Of a stretch of 49,494 nt of DNA, positions 32,620-42,502 are shown piece by piece. Source of the stretch: a virus; the IMG/VR virus record IMGVR_UViG_3300019476_000014, positions 1-49,494 of that record. The stretch is one strand, 5' to 3'. The notes beneath the pieces are model-generated. The model saw nothing but the letters and a program-made list of their open reading frames with translations, was not told the DNA's origin and searched no databases. How positions within the stretch are numbered: the first letter of the stretch is position 1; each line of letters opens with the position of its first letter. The position numbers were made by a program, and so were the translations under genes.

Positions 32620-32893
32620 GCTGGTTATCCAGGTTCCACCCGGATTCATGTTTACAACCATCGAACGGGACAAAATTCGCAAGACAAGGTGGGAGGTTAA
32701 GACTGGCTCGGATCAGATCGTGCGCCACACTTCGTGTGTCCCGTTGTTTGGGACACGGGAGTTGTGGAAGGTCATTAAGGAAGGCGACTTTCTGGTTTTC
32801 ATTGAGTCGCCTCTAGATGACCGGCATCAATTTGCATGGAATCTATACGTCATGAAGGAAGAGCAGTACAAGGAATGGACATCTCATGAGTGA
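32606..32893 (+). CDS. Hypothetical protein (95 aa)
   Basis: Start MSKNKLVI. Confidence 0.5.
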   Translation: MSKNKLVIQVPPGFMFTTIERDKIRKTRWEVKTGSDQIVRHTSCVPLFGTRELWKVIKEGDFLVFIESPLDDRHQFAWNLYVMKEEQYKEWTSHE

Positions 32894-33590
32894 CATCTAC
32901 GATCAGCTGATTCGGGAACTGTCAAAGCCTTCGCCGCGTGACAGGCAACGTAAGGTAGGGCCGTCTGAGTTGGGAGACCTCTGTGAGCGTTGCCTTGCAG
33001 AGAAGCTGCTTGGCATCCACGAGGATGAGAACAACCACCCCCTCGCGCCGATGATTGGCACGGCCTTCCACCTCTACCTAGAGAATGTCATTGGCCTCAA
33101 GGGTTACCTCAAGGAGACTAAGGTAACTGTCGGCACCATCGACGGGTACGGAGACATCTCTGGTACCTGTGATGGCTTCGACGTGGTGACAGGGCATGTC
33201 GTTGACTACAAAGTGTTGTCGAAGAAGAAGATCAAAGCCTTCTCGTCAGCAACCTTCTTCAACGAGCAGCAAGAGCCAGAGTTCTACTCGGACTCACGAA
33301 TAGAACTGCAACTCAAAAAGTACTTCTATCAAATGATGTTGTACGGGCTGGGTATGGAGAACGCTGGTTACGAGGTGAACTACTGCTCGCTCATTCTCTT
33401 CCCGAGGGATTGCACCATTGAGAGTGTCCTACAAGCCAGCCATGAGCTATGCTTCAAGTACGACAGAGTGGCAGCTCTTGCCGTCCTCGAACGAGCCAAC
33501 CAAATCTTCCAGTGGGCCGATGAAAATCGGGACCATATTGGAGAACTCGACAGCCATCCCGGCTGTTACTACTGCGCTTTTAAGCGGTAG
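32886..33590 (+). CDS. PD-(D/E)XK nuclease, Cas4/RecB-like exonuclease
   Basis: D..(17)..DYK catalytic-type motif (GTCDGFDVVTGHVVDYKVLSKKK), plus N-terminal CERC and C-terminal GCYYC cysteines as in Fe-S Cas4 nucleases. Confidence 0.65.
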   Translation: MSDIYDQLIRELSKPSPRDRQRKVGPSELGDLCERCLAEKLLGIHEDENNHPLAPMIGTAFHLYLENVIGLKGYLKETKVTVGTIDGYGDISGTCDGFDVVTGHVVDYKVLSKKKIKAFSSATFFNEQQEPEFYSDSRIELQLKKYFYQMMLYGLGMENAGYEVNYCSLILFPRDCTIESVLQASHELCFKYDRVAALAVLERANQIFQWADENRDHIGELDSHPGCYYCAFKR

Positions 33591-33607
33591 AGAAGAAAGG
33601 AGAACAC

Positions 33608-34390
33608 ATGGGAAAGTTTGATAGCTTCCTGACAGGCCTCAACATCGAAGTGTCTGACCCTCGTGTCACCACCCCTAAGATCAAGATGTTGATCTATGGT
33701 ATGTCCGGAACGGGAAAGACCTCACTCGCAGTCTCTGCCTCTAAGGTTGAAGAGTTAGGTCCGGTCCTATATATCGACTTTGAACGTGGCACTGCCCCCG
33801 CTGCTAGGTACGGCGACTTGGACAATATGCTCGTTGTCCAGCCCGCCTCCTACCAGCAATTCGCGGAACTGCTGGTTAAGATCAGCAAGAATCGGGACAT
33901 GGAGTTCAAGACTATTATCATCGATACCATTGACCGCTTGCAGGAACTCATCAAGTTCCACTTTAAGAGCATAAATCCCAAAGACAGTTTTGCCATGTGG
34001 GATGCTACGTATGAGAAGATTATTGATCTTGTCAACAAGATCAGCTTTGACCTCGGACTGAACATCATTTGCATCACGCATGAAGCACGTGAAGTGAATG
34101 ACATCTCCCGCCTGTCACTGATCGGCCCGTCGTTTGAGGGCAAGCAAAGCCTCAAGAAGCTGCCTGGCATCTTCGACATCATCGGTCGTATGACGTGGGA
34201 GGATATTGGGGATGACGACAATGAAGAGCTGGTTACAGTTCTGACTGTCCGGTCTTCGTCTGAAGTGCTGGCAAAGACACGATTCGATCCGATGCCATCC
34301 ATGTCTGGAAACACGACAATGGGGAAGATTATGGGTTGGGTCCATGAACATTGCGAAACCCAAGGAGTAAAGGAGAAGGATGACGACTGA
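33608..34390 (+). CDS. AAA_24 / Sak4-like RecA-fold ATPase
   Basis: MLIYGMSGTGKTSLA Walker A and IIIDTIDRL Walker B. Neighbours are a nuclease and a DUF669-like gene. Confidence 0.7.
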   Translation: MGKFDSFLTGLNIEVSDPRVTTPKIKMLIYGMSGTGKTSLAVSASKVEELGPVLYIDFERGTAPAARYGDLDNMLVVQPASYQQFAELLVKISKNRDMEFKTIIIDTIDRLQELIKFHFKSINPKDSFAMWDATYEKIIDLVNKISFDLGLNIICITHEAREVNDISRLSLIGPSFEGKQSLKKLPGIFDIIGRMTWEDIGDDDNEELVTVLTVRSSSEVLAKTRFDPMPSMSGNTTMGKIMGWVHEHCETQGVKEKDDD

Positions 34391-34589
34391 GTACCTGTCG
34401 ATCACTGGCGTGATTGAACTAACAGGCATCAACCGTACGACGATCCTGTACCGCATACGAGAAAACTCCAAAGGTTTTCCACAGCCGGATGCTATCATTC
34501 GACATGACAAGCTAGTCACCTACGGGTGGCTGCCTGAAACTATCAACAACTACACCATCACCAACAAGAAGGAGAACAACAATGATTGA
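34380..34589 (+). CDS. Small helix-turn-helix DNA-binding protein
   Basis: LSITGVIELTGINRTTILYRIR pattern typical of Xis/AlpA-like HTH proteins. Confidence 0.5.
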   Translation: MTTEYLSITGVIELTGINRTTILYRIRENSKGFPQPDAIIRHDKLVTYGWLPETINNYTITNKKENNND

Positions 34590-35043
34590 TTTCGATGCAC
34601 TGATGAGCCTGGACGTTGCCGAGTCCATGTCTTTCGAGCCTCTGCCCAAGGGGCTGTACAAGGTGACCGTTGATGCCTGTGAGCTGGGAGAGTCCAAGAA
34701 GGGCAACCCTATGTACACGGTTGATTTCGTTGTCACGGAAGGTGAACACGCGGCGCGCCAGATTCGTTACTGGTTGGTCGTAGTCACCAAGAATGGTCTG
34801 CATTGGGACCTCCCTAAGTTCTGCGATGCGTCGGGTAACCCCTGGCCTACCGAGCGCACGGGACGCACCACCGACTACTACTACCAGGTTGCTCTCGATA
34901 TTGTTGGCAAGACGGCGACGATCACCATTGATGTCGAGGAGTCTGAATACAACGGTGAGACCCGCAAGCGCAACAACATCAAGAAGGTCGAATGGGACGA
35001 TGTGAAGCCGAAGAAGTCTAAGGCTTCCAAGATCGAACTCTGA
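34582..35043 (+). CDS. DUF669-like (SSB-like) protein
   Basis: EPLPKGLYKVTV...ESKKGNPMYTVDFVV pattern and position next to the Sak4-like ATPase. Confidence 0.5.
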   Translation: MIDFDALMSLDVAESMSFEPLPKGLYKVTVDACELGESKKGNPMYTVDFVVTEGEHAARQIRYWLVVVTKNGLHWDLPKFCDASGNPWPTERTGRTTDYYYQVALDIVGKTATITIDVEESEYNGETRKRNNIKKVEWDDVKPKKSKASKIEL

Positions 35044-35059
35044 CCGTTAACTAACTAGG

Positions 35060-35092
35060 CGGGGCTGCACTTCGACAAGAGGTGTAGCCCCG
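35060..35092 (+). terminator. Hairpin between the DUF669-like and primase genes (weak terminator or attenuator)
   Basis: cggggctgcac-11 nt-gtgtagccccg (one G-U), followed by tctt. Confidence 0.3.
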
Positions 35093-35123
35093 TCTTACAA
35101 TAGGTGGATACGAAAGGAGAGGC

Positions 35124-37439
35124 ATGAACCTCACAGAGTTTTTCCGGGCAGTCTTCCCAGACGGCGAAGGCTGGACGCCTATTATTCTCAAGGGTCCGAT
35201 GGGTGGCCTCACAAACTTCCGCTGGTTCAACCTGCCTGCACAGCTCGACAAGATGGTGGCTTACACCAAGGCACATGCTGACCTTGATGTGTACTACTCA
35301 CCTTTCCTGTACACGAAGCCACCGGCGTGCACGAACACACGCCACGCGGCCAAGGATAATGTCATCCGCGCTGCGTGCGTGTGGTCAGATGGGGATGACT
35401 GCCCTATTGACAAGCTGAGGATTCAGCCTTCCATCCTTGTTCAGACCAGTGAGAAGCACTGGCAGGGATACTGGTTGCTTGATGACGCCGAGGACATGTC
35501 GAACGACATGCTGGAAGCCCTCTCGCGAGCACTCTATGAGGATCACCGCAACGACGGCATGGATCGTGGCTGGCCCCTGTCGAAGAAGCTTAGGGTTCCG
35601 TTCACGCACAACTGCAAGCGAGCGGACCCGTGGGAAATCACTATCACGGTCAATAACGAGCCGATCACTGCTGCTGAGTTCGCAGCAGAGTACCCGCCCG
35701 TCGAGCGAATGGGTATCGAGGAAGAAGACTTCCCCACTGACATCCCCACCATGTACGAAGTCCTCGGCATGGTCAACCGCTCGTACATTACAGACCTTGC
35801 GACGGATGACGTGTTCACTGACGAGGAAGACCGTTCCTCGAAGATGTATCACCTCGAATGTACACTCTGGGAGGAAGGCTGCTCGATTGTCGAAGCCTTC
35901 GCTGTCGTGCGTGGGACGGAATTCAACAAGTTCGCTATGGACGGGAGAGGCGACGGCTACCTGTGGAAGCAGATCAACCGGGATCATGCCCGATGGAAGG
36001 CACAGCACAACGGCCCATCTGAGAAGGAGCTGGAAGCTACTACCAAGGTCGGCTCCTCGTATCTTCTGAGCGAAGCACGAGAGCTGACCCTTCAAAATGT
36101 GAACTTCCTGCATGAGAACGAGCAGGAACCGATGGGTCTCTTCGTCGATCAGTTCGCCGTGTGGGCTGCAACGAAGTCAGCAATGGCACCCAAGCAGTTC
36201 CACTACGCGGGCGCTCTCGCCATCCTCTCCTCAGTGTTCGCAAAGTACGCCTTCCTGCCCATCAACGTCCAGCGAATGCCCTTGAACCTATACTTCCTGG
36301 TACTAGGGCGCACCACCCAGTCCCGTAAGTCAACGTCACTACGCCTCGCAGAAAGCATCATGCGGGACGTTGCTATTGGTGTTGGTAAAGGGACAGACGC
36401 TTTCATTGCACCTGAAGATTCAACAGGTGAGGCCCTGTCGGCATACCTTCGTACCAAGCCGAAGGAGTCTGGCCTGTACGCAATCGACGAGGTGCAGGAC
36501 TTTTTCGCACACGCTGCACAAAGGGGCAGCTACATGTCCTCCATGATGCCCTTCCTCACCAAGAGCTACGACGGGTATATCCCCGCTGTCGCACGTAAAG
36601 ACAAAGGTGGCAAGGTCGCGTACCAGACAGCGACGCCATACTACATGACGTTCTACGGGACAGGTATTCTTGATCAGTCTGCGAAGCACCTGACGAAAGA
36701 GCGTGTTGAGTCTGGCTTCACACCACGCTGCCTCGTTGTTGTCGATGAACGGGACCACTACATTACGTCCTCACAGGACGTGAAGCTGGTTGCTGTTAAT
36801 CCTTCGACAGGCAAGATTGCCGACAAGCAGCGTGACTTCATGCTGTCGAACCTTATCAGGGCAACAACTAAGTTCGACACGCACTTCAGCGCACGCCAGT
36901 CCAGGTCTCTAGCACACGAGGAAGTCCGTATCCCTGTCGAGTTTGAGCCGGGCGTGTTTGAGCGGTGGATCGAGTTCTCTGAGGAAGCCAAGGTGATGGC
37001 TGCACAACATGGCATGAGTAGCCGTGAGCTGTTCCCTGGCACCGAGCGTATGACGTTCTCTGTCTTGCGTATCGCTGCCCTGCTCGCCATGTACAACGGC
37101 CCTAATGCTCATGGCGGCGTCGTTGTCACGATGCGACACATGCTCAAGGCTATTGCCTTAGCTCCTATCTGGATGGCGTCGAACGAGGTGTTTATTCACC
37201 ACGTCAAGAACTCCAACTTCAGCAACAAGGTGGATAAGTTCGTTGGCTTCATTGCTCGCTCGGATAATGGCCTCGTGCCAATCCCGAAGATTCTTCTGAA
37301 GTTCCAGTCTGAAATCAACGGAATGAAGGAGCTGAAAGAAATCATCACGTATGCTCAGGCGCGTGGTGTCGTCCGGGAAGTTATTCAAGGGAAAAAGAAT
37401 AGTGATCGTTTCATCAAATATATAGGGGGCCAGGTATGA
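35124..37439 (+). CDS. DNA primase/helicase (prim-pol-like N-terminus, P-loop NTPase C-terminal half)
   Basis: 771 aa. N-terminal DVYYSP...VWSDGDD acidic motif and central GRTTQSRKST P-loop-like motif. Located before the DNA polymerase gene. Confidence 0.55.
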   Translation: MNLTEFFRAVFPDGEGWTPIILKGPMGGLTNFRWFNLPAQLDKMVAYTKAHADLDVYYSPFLYTKPPACTNTRHAAKDNVIRAACVWSDGDDCPIDKLRIQPSILVQTSEKHWQGYWLLDDAEDMSNDMLEALSRALYEDHRNDGMDRGWPLSKKLRVPFTHNCKRADPWEITITVNNEPITAAEFAAEYPPVERMGIEEEDFPTDIPTMYEVLGMVNRSYITDLATDDVFTDEEDRSSKMYHLECTLWEEGCSIVEAFAVVRGTEFNKFAMDGRGDGYLWKQINRDHARWKAQHNGPSEKELEATTKVGSSYLLSEARELTLQNVNFLHENEQEPMGLFVDQFAVWAATKSAMAPKQFHYAGALAILSSVFAKYAFLPINVQRMPLNLYFLVLGRTTQSRKSTSLRLAESIMRDVAIGVGKGTDAFIAPEDSTGEALSAYLRTKPKESGLYAIDEVQDFFAHAAQRGSYMSSMMPFLTKSYDGYIPAVARKDKGGKVAYQTATPYYMTFYGTGILDQSAKHLTKERVESGFTPRCLVVVDERDHYITSSQDVKLVAVNPSTGKIADKQRDFMLSNLIRATTKFDTHFSARQSRSLAHEEVRIPVEFEPGVFERWIEFSEEAKVMAAQHGMSSRELFPGTERMTFSVLRIAALLAMYNGPNAHGGVVVTMRHMLKAIALAPIWMASNEVFIHHVKNSNFSNKVDKFVGFIARSDNGLVPIPKILLKFQSEINGMKELKEIITYAQARGVVREVIQGKKNSDRFIKYIGGQV

Positions 37440-39496
37440 AGATTCTGACTAACAGCGTAGACAAGCTGCCTGTGCTTGTCGTAGTTCTGCTAAAGAGGGC
37501 TAGGGCTGTCTCAGGCCTTCCTGCTGGCACACCTATCGAAGTCGTTGATGACCCACAGGCCGAAGACATCAGGATCACACTCGGCACTGTGAAGGGCTAT
37601 AAGGGCGACGCATACAAGACGCTCTCGCCTAAGCAGATCGTTACCAACACGCAAGCAATCCTGTTCCTTGCTCAGGCGCTTCAGTACGGCTACCTTGGCC
37701 CTATCGATCCTGGCCTGGAACTCGGTAAGGACTGGGTGATCTGGGAGGGCCAGGACATCTCCTTCAAGAAGGGGAGCGTCATTGCTCTCGACATCGAGTC
37801 CGCTGGTGACATCGACAACGACACATTCGCGGCCGGTCGCATCCTATCGATTGCCTTGTGGAATGGAAAGTTCGGTGTGGTGATCCCTGAGGAGCTTGCT
37901 GAGACTCCCGAGTCTGCTGAGCTGATCGAGCGCCTGTGTCGGGACAGCATTGTCGTCTGTCATAATGGCACGTTCGACATGCCCTACCTGTCGAAGCGGC
38001 TTGGCATCAATGTGTATCACCATGAGGACACGCTGCTGATGCACTTCGTGCTCGACAACCTAGCAGGTGAGCATGGCCTGAAGCCTCTGGCTCGTCGCTG
38101 GTTGCGTGCTGCTGACTGGGATTCGGATGCAAAGTCCTACTTGAAGCATGGCGCATACTTCGAGAACATTCCCAGGGAAAAGCTTTACAAGTACAACCTG
38201 ATGGACGTGTACTCGACTTTCGAGCTGTATAAGTACTTCAAGAAGATTCTTGACAAGAGCAGTGAGAAGTATGAGTACTACCGTTACCGTATGCGTGTGA
38301 CACGTGTGCTGCATGACGTTCAGATGAACGGCGTGGCTGTGTCGTTCACAGCTCTTGACGAGTTGGAAGAGGAGTACAACTGCCAGTGCGATGAGCACCT
38401 TGCCATCTTGAAGAAGCTCGCGGGGGATGACTTCAACCCTCAGTCGCCTAAGCAGATAGCTGAGTATTTCGCATCTAAGGGTGTATCGTCCCCGTCATTC
38501 GACGCAAAGCACCTGAAGAAGTTGAAGCGCGCTGGTAAGGAGCCTGAGTTCATCGACGCTCTCCTTGCTTACCGTTATGCAGCGAAGGTGATTGGAAGCT
38601 TCATTGCGAATGTGCGTCGTAAGCGTGGGGAGGATAAGCGCATTCATCCGTATTACCTTCCTCATGGTGCGAAGACGGGCCGTCTGTCGGCCAGGGGTCC
38701 GGCGATTCAGACGATGGGGCGTGACAGTGGTATCAAGCGCGCCCTTGTCACTGCGCCGGGATGCAAGATCATCTCTTGTGACTACTCTCAGGCTGAGCTT
38801 CGTACTGTCGCTGAGCTTGCGGATGATGAGGCCATGATTGCTGCCTTCCAGCCAGGTGCACCAGATTTCTTCGATGATCTGATGACGAAGATTTGGCCAG
38901 ACGATTATCCAACCATCGAAGCATACGAGGCATTTAAGCATGAACATCCAAAGACTGCTAAGAATAAGCGCGCACTGGTAAAGAGTGTGGTGTACGGTTT
39001 GAACTACGGACGAGGAATCCGAGCAATTGCGGCAGAACTTGAGAAGCCGTACGAAGAGGCCGAGTATGTTGTGAACCAGTACCTTGGGGCGTACTCAGGG
39101 CTTAGAGACTGGCAGCAGAAGGTCCGACACAGTGTTGGACGGAAGGAGGAAAACTACATGCGACGGACCAAATTTGGAATGACATACAAACCTCTCTTCG
39201 TGCCTGACGCTGACTACGCCTCGACACAGAACGAAGCATTGGCCTTTGTTCCGCAGTCCACTGCGAATGACATCTGCCTCAACGCAGCAATCAAGATCAA
39301 CGAACAGGTAGGGCAATACGGCGCCAAGCTGATTGGGCTTGTCCACGATGCAACCTATGTCGAATGCCCCGAAGAAACAATCGAAGAGTGTTCCAAAATG
39401 ATGGAACGCGAGATGTCTAAGGCAGCGACACTCGTCTTCAACCGCGTACCCTTCGTGGCAGAAGCAGAGGTCGGCAACAATTGGGAGGAAGTATGA
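37436..39496 (+). CDS. Family A DNA polymerase with a 3'-5' exonuclease domain
   Basis: ALDIES (Exo I), DYSQAELR (motif A), KRALVKSVVYGLNYG (motif B), LVHDA (motif C). Confidence 0.9.
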   Translation: MKILTNSVDKLPVLVVVLLKRARAVSGLPAGTPIEVVDDPQAEDIRITLGTVKGYKGDAYKTLSPKQIVTNTQAILFLAQALQYGYLGPIDPGLELGKDWVIWEGQDISFKKGSVIALDIESAGDIDNDTFAAGRILSIALWNGKFGVVIPEELAETPESAELIERLCRDSIVVCHNGTFDMPYLSKRLGINVYHHEDTLLMHFVLDNLAGEHGLKPLARRWLRAADWDSDAKSYLKHGAYFENIPREKLYKYNLMDVYSTFELYKYFKKILDKSSEKYEYYRYRMRVTRVLHDVQMNGVAVSFTALDELEEEYNCQCDEHLAILKKLAGDDFNPQSPKQIAEYFASKGVSSPSFDAKHLKKLKRAGKEPEFIDALLAYRYAAKVIGSFIANVRRKRGEDKRIHPYYLPHGAKTGRLSARGPAIQTMGRDSGIKRALVTAPGCKIISCDYSQAELRTVAELADDEAMIAAFQPGAPDFFDDLMTKIWPDDYPTIEAYEAFKHEHPKTAKNKRALVKSVVYGLNYGRGIRAIAAELEKPYEEAEYVVNQYLGAYSGLRDWQQKVRHSVGRKEENYMRRTKFGMTYKPLFVPDADYASTQNEALAFVPQSTANDICLNAAIKINEQVGQYGAKLIGLVHDATYVECPEETIEECSKMMEREMSKAATLVFNRVPFVAEAEVGNNWEEV

Positions 39497-39789
39497 TCGA
39501 CATTCGTGCCTACGAGCAAGCCCCTTGTGTTGGAGTACCTGTTGAGCTTTTCTTCGACTCAGGGTTCTACTATCAGGTCTTAAAGGTCTGCTGCTCCCAG
39601 TGCCCGGTCAAAGAACTGTGTCTTCAAGACTGTCTTGCACTCGAAGACGTACCTGTCGATGGCAAACGTTACCGGTCAGGGGTCTTTGGTGGAACGACAC
39701 CGGCTGACAGAAACAGACTGTGTGATACGAAGTATGAAATTCTGAACGATAATTGGGAGGAGAAGAATGAAAACCGTCATCGCGATTGA
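39493..39789 (+). CDS. whiB: WhiB-like Fe-S transcription factor
   Basis: Four-Cys pattern C..(x)..CCSQCPVKELC. RBS tgggaggaagtATG overlaps the polymerase stop (ATGA). Confidence 0.7.
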   Translation: MIDIRAYEQAPCVGVPVELFFDSGFYYQVLKVCCSQCPVKELCLQDCLALEDVPVDGKRYRSGVFGGTTPADRNRLCDTKYEILNDNWEEKNENRHRD

Positions 39790-40228
39790 TCCCGGGGTTA
39801 ACACCGGCCTCGTTGTTGCCCGTGTCGAAGAGGAGGTAGAGATTCTGCACTTCGATCAGTTCATCTGCGCAACTCACGTGGAGACAGTGGAACTCATCGA
39901 GCGATACCTTGACCAGTACCCCGGCGCTACTGTCGTGGCTGAGCAGTTCGATCTGCGCCCGGGCAACAAGTTTAATGCTGACCTCACTCCCGTGAAGGTG
40001 AACGCTATCCTTGACTGGCTTGTCGATGACATCCACTACCAGACTCCGGCGCAAGCGAAGGGTCTCGTGAAGGATGCTGTGCTAAAAAACCTGGGATGGT
40101 GGCTTACCGGCAAGGATGTCAGCTACAAGGATGCGAATGATGTACGCGACGCATTCAGACATCTGGTGTACTACCTCGTGCACGAGATGCGCCATAAGTG
40201 GACACTCGACACCGGCTGGCCTAGATAA
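39767..40228 (+). CDS. RuvC-like Holliday junction resolvase
   Basis: MKTVIAIDPGVNTGLVV N-terminal catalytic Asp motif. Last gene of the replication arm. Confidence 0.65.
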   Translation: MKTVIAIDPGVNTGLVVARVEEEVEILHFDQFICATHVETVELIERYLDQYPGATVVAEQFDLRPGNKFNADLTPVKVNAILDWLVDDIHYQTPAQAKGLVKDAVLKNLGWWLTGKDVSYKDANDVRDAFRHLVYYLVHEMRHKWTLDTGWPR

Positions 40229-40232
40229 AGAA

Positions 40233-40275
40233 AACCCCCTGACTAGGAAAGGAGAACTAGTCAGGGGGTTTCTTG
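40233..40275. terminator. Bidirectional terminator at the convergence of the two arms
   Basis: aaccccctgactag-10 nt-ctagtcagggggtt, flanked by an A-run and tcttg. Confidence 0.7.
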
Positions 40276-40343
40276 TACCCAATCCACCCGGCAGCATTCA
40301 CACAGACAATGATGAACAACTGTCGTTGCTTAGTATAGCACAC

Positions 40344-41015
40344 TTATCCGATCTTCGACGCCCCGATACACAGGCCGCCCCAACCGATGTTGTTAACAGG
40401 CGAACACGAGATCTTCACCTGCACTGGGACGCTACGAGGGCCAGCAGCGTAGTACGCCATTGTCGCCATACGGAATGACATCACGCCCTCGCTGTGGTTG
40501 TAGGTGTTGGTGGTTCCGACGTTGTAGAAGATGCCGTCGCCGATGGCTTGGAAGACATCGACGTTCGTGTCTTTGGAGCTGTCGTTGTTGTCCAGCGTAA
40601 TGCAGTTGGAGAACAGCCACAGGCCTTGGCTGGGGATCGACACGTTGCGGGTGATGGTAGCGCTTGCACCGTGCTGAGTGTAGCGGTACCACTTCGAGAA
40701 AGCTTCGTTGTCGTTGATGTACTTAATCTCGGGAGCACCACCCCAGATCTTCTTCACGCCGGTGTTCGTCGCGAGGTACATCTCGTTGATGTCGGAGCGG
40801 TATATGAGCACGTCGTAGGAGCCGACAGAGGCCTTGTTGATAACGGCTAGCTTGTCACGCTGGTCGTTACTGTTCTTGGCAATGAGGACACGGTTCTGTT
40901 GGAGGGCTTTAATGACATCCGACACCGTGTTGAAGCCTAGATTCATGAAGGCTGGCCAGCTTTGCACGATGTCACTGTCGGAGTAGGTCCAGATTCCTTG
41001 GGGGTTGACTGGCAT
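40344..41015 (-). CDS. Minor tail / receptor-binding-type protein (223 aa)
   Basis: MPVNPQGIWTYSDSD N-terminus and a beta-rich C-terminus; translationally adjacent to 41017..41625. Call is by composition and context only. Confidence 0.45.
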   Translation of the reverse strand: MPVNPQGIWTYSDSDIVQSWPAFMNLGFNTVSDVIKALQQNRVLIAKNSNDQRDKLAVINKASVGSYDVLIYRSDINEMYLATNTGVKKIWGGAPEIKYINDNEAFSKWYRYTQHGASATITRNVSIPSQGLWLFSNCITLDNNDSSKDTNVDVFQAIGDGIFYNVGTTNTYNHSEGVMSFRMATMAYYAAGPRSVPVQVKISCSPVNNIGWGGLCIGASKIG

Positions 41016-41016
41016 G

Positions 41017-41625
41017 TTAGTACCTCACTCCTGCGATTTGCAGGGATAGTTGTGCTGTCGAATCCCAGTTGTATACCCATTCTGGATGCACGCTGGAATT
41101 ACTGATGTTCACAACCACGATACCATCCTTGTAGTGCTCGTAATCGATGACAGTGTTGTAGTTGATGTGGGCTACCATCATTGCTTGGGTTTCGTTTCCT
41201 GTCGGCTCATATGACAGGAAGCACCGCAGGTAGCGGGTGTCTTCAGTGCGGGCGCCTCGCACGCCGACGAAGACATCGACGGGGTATCGGTAGCCGCTGT
41301 AGAGTTTGAGGCTGAGAGGGATCCTCAAATAGCCGGAGATGGCTAGTTGCATGAATAGGCCGGAGTCCGCCCAGGGGATGCTGCGGTACCAGATGTCTTC
41401 GTTGACGCCGACACCTCGTCCTCGACCGGGGGAAGAGACGCCCACCTCGTCGTAGAAAGGTTTGGCGACGCCATTGGTGGCGCGGTCTGATACGAGGCTC
41501 GTGACGCTCTGCGCCGCGTTGTTGGCTGTTGAGCGGATCAGCATGAGGTCGTTTTCTACTGATGCGAGGCGTTTGTTGATGTCGTTGCCCCAGGGTTGGG
41601 AGGGGGCGGGGAGGTTGTGTTTCAT
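41017..41625 (-). CDS. Minor tail / fibre-type protein (202 aa)
   Basis: N-terminal helical segment followed by a beta-rich domain; ends 1 nt before the next gene. Confidence 0.4.
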   Translation of the reverse strand: MKHNLPAPSQPWGNDINKRLASVENDLMLIRSTANNAAQSVTSLVSDRATNGVAKPFYDEVGVSSPGRGRGVGVNEDIWYRSIPWADSGLFMQLAISGYLRIPLSLKLYSGYRYPVDVFVGVRGARTEDTRYLRCFLSYEPTGNETQAMMVAHINYNTVIDYEHYKDGIVVVNISNSSVHPEWVYNWDSTAQLSLQIAGVRY

Positions 41626-41667
41626 AACCTTAGTATATCAGTATGACGAGAGTCACTTTCTAATAGG

Positions 41668-41697
41668 TTGCATTCACGCACGGGATTCATGTACTAT
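41668..41697 (+). promoter_or_regulatory. Candidate promoter of the HTH/Bro cassette (TTGCAT-18-TACTAT)
   Basis: gagAGTCACtttctaataggTTGCATtcacgcacgggattcatgTACTAT. Same -35 hexamer and upstream AGTCAC as the leftward promoter candidate. Confidence 0.4.
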
Positions 41698-41734
41698 TAT
41701 TCATGTCAGAAGGAAACAACAGAAAGGAAATCCA

Positions 41735-41986
41735 ATGACACCCAAGTACCTCGGCGTCAGCGCCTTCGCCAAGCACGTTGGCCTCACGGACAGCACCATC
41801 CAAAGCTACTTCCTCAAAGGCATGCTGCCCGCCCCCGAGATCTACTACCTCACCGGCAAGGGTGAACGCCCCGGCTGGAGCATCGACACTGTCGAGCACT
41901 GGATGAACAACCGCCCCGGCACCGGCCGCAGGTATGCTTCCATGAAACGTCACCCCAGCCACCCCTCTACGAAGGAGAACAACTGA
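41735..41986 (+). CDS. Helix-turn-helix DNA-binding protein (Xis/MerR-like, 83 aa)
   Basis: YLGVSAFAKHVGLTDSTIQSYFLKGMLP...W pattern; RBS agaaaggaaatccaATG. Confidence 0.5.
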   Translation: MTPKYLGVSAFAKHVGLTDSTIQSYFLKGMLPAPEIYYLTGKGERPGWSIDTVEHWMNNRPGTGRRYASMKRHPSHPSTKENN

Positions 41987-42303
41987 TGAACGACATCGCC
42001 ATCTTTAACCACCTCGGCAACGACATCCGCGTCACCACTGACGAGCAAGGCGAACCACTCTTCGTCCTCAAGGACGTGTGTGACGCACTCGATCTCGGAA
42101 ACCCCTCTATGGGAGCCAGCCGCCTAGATTCGGATGGGGTCAGTACTACTGAGGTCATCGACAATCTAGGGCGCACTCAAAAGACAAATGTCGTCACCGA
42201 GGCAGGACTCTACGAGGTCATCTTCATGTCCCGCAAGCCTGAAGCTAAGGCCTTCAAGCGTTGGGTCACCAGCGAAGTCCTCCCCTCCATCCGCAAGCAC
42301 TAG
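41986..42303 (+). CDS. Stand-alone Bro-N domain protein
   Basis: FVLKDVCDALDL ... AKAFKRWVTSEVLPSIRKH. It ends exactly where full-length antirepressors continue (..IRKHG..). Confidence 0.75.
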   Translation: MNDIAIFNHLGNDIRVTTDEQGEPLFVLKDVCDALDLGNPSMGASRLDSDGVSTTEVIDNLGRTQKTNVVTEAGLYEVIFMSRKPEAKAFKRWVTSEVLPSIRKH

Positions 42304-42502
42304 TGCCCCTTTTTTATTCGCTCCCGGACACCTGGATTAAAAAGGGGGGTCGTGAAACGCTACCCCCATGTGTAAGTGAATTTTCCATGAGATTCCGCGG
42401 AACCTCACGAATGTGTCAAGCAATCTGGACACCTAGATTGCAAAGTAGGTGTCCACTACCGAACCCCTTTTTATTCACCAACCCTACAAAAGGAGAACAA
42501 CA

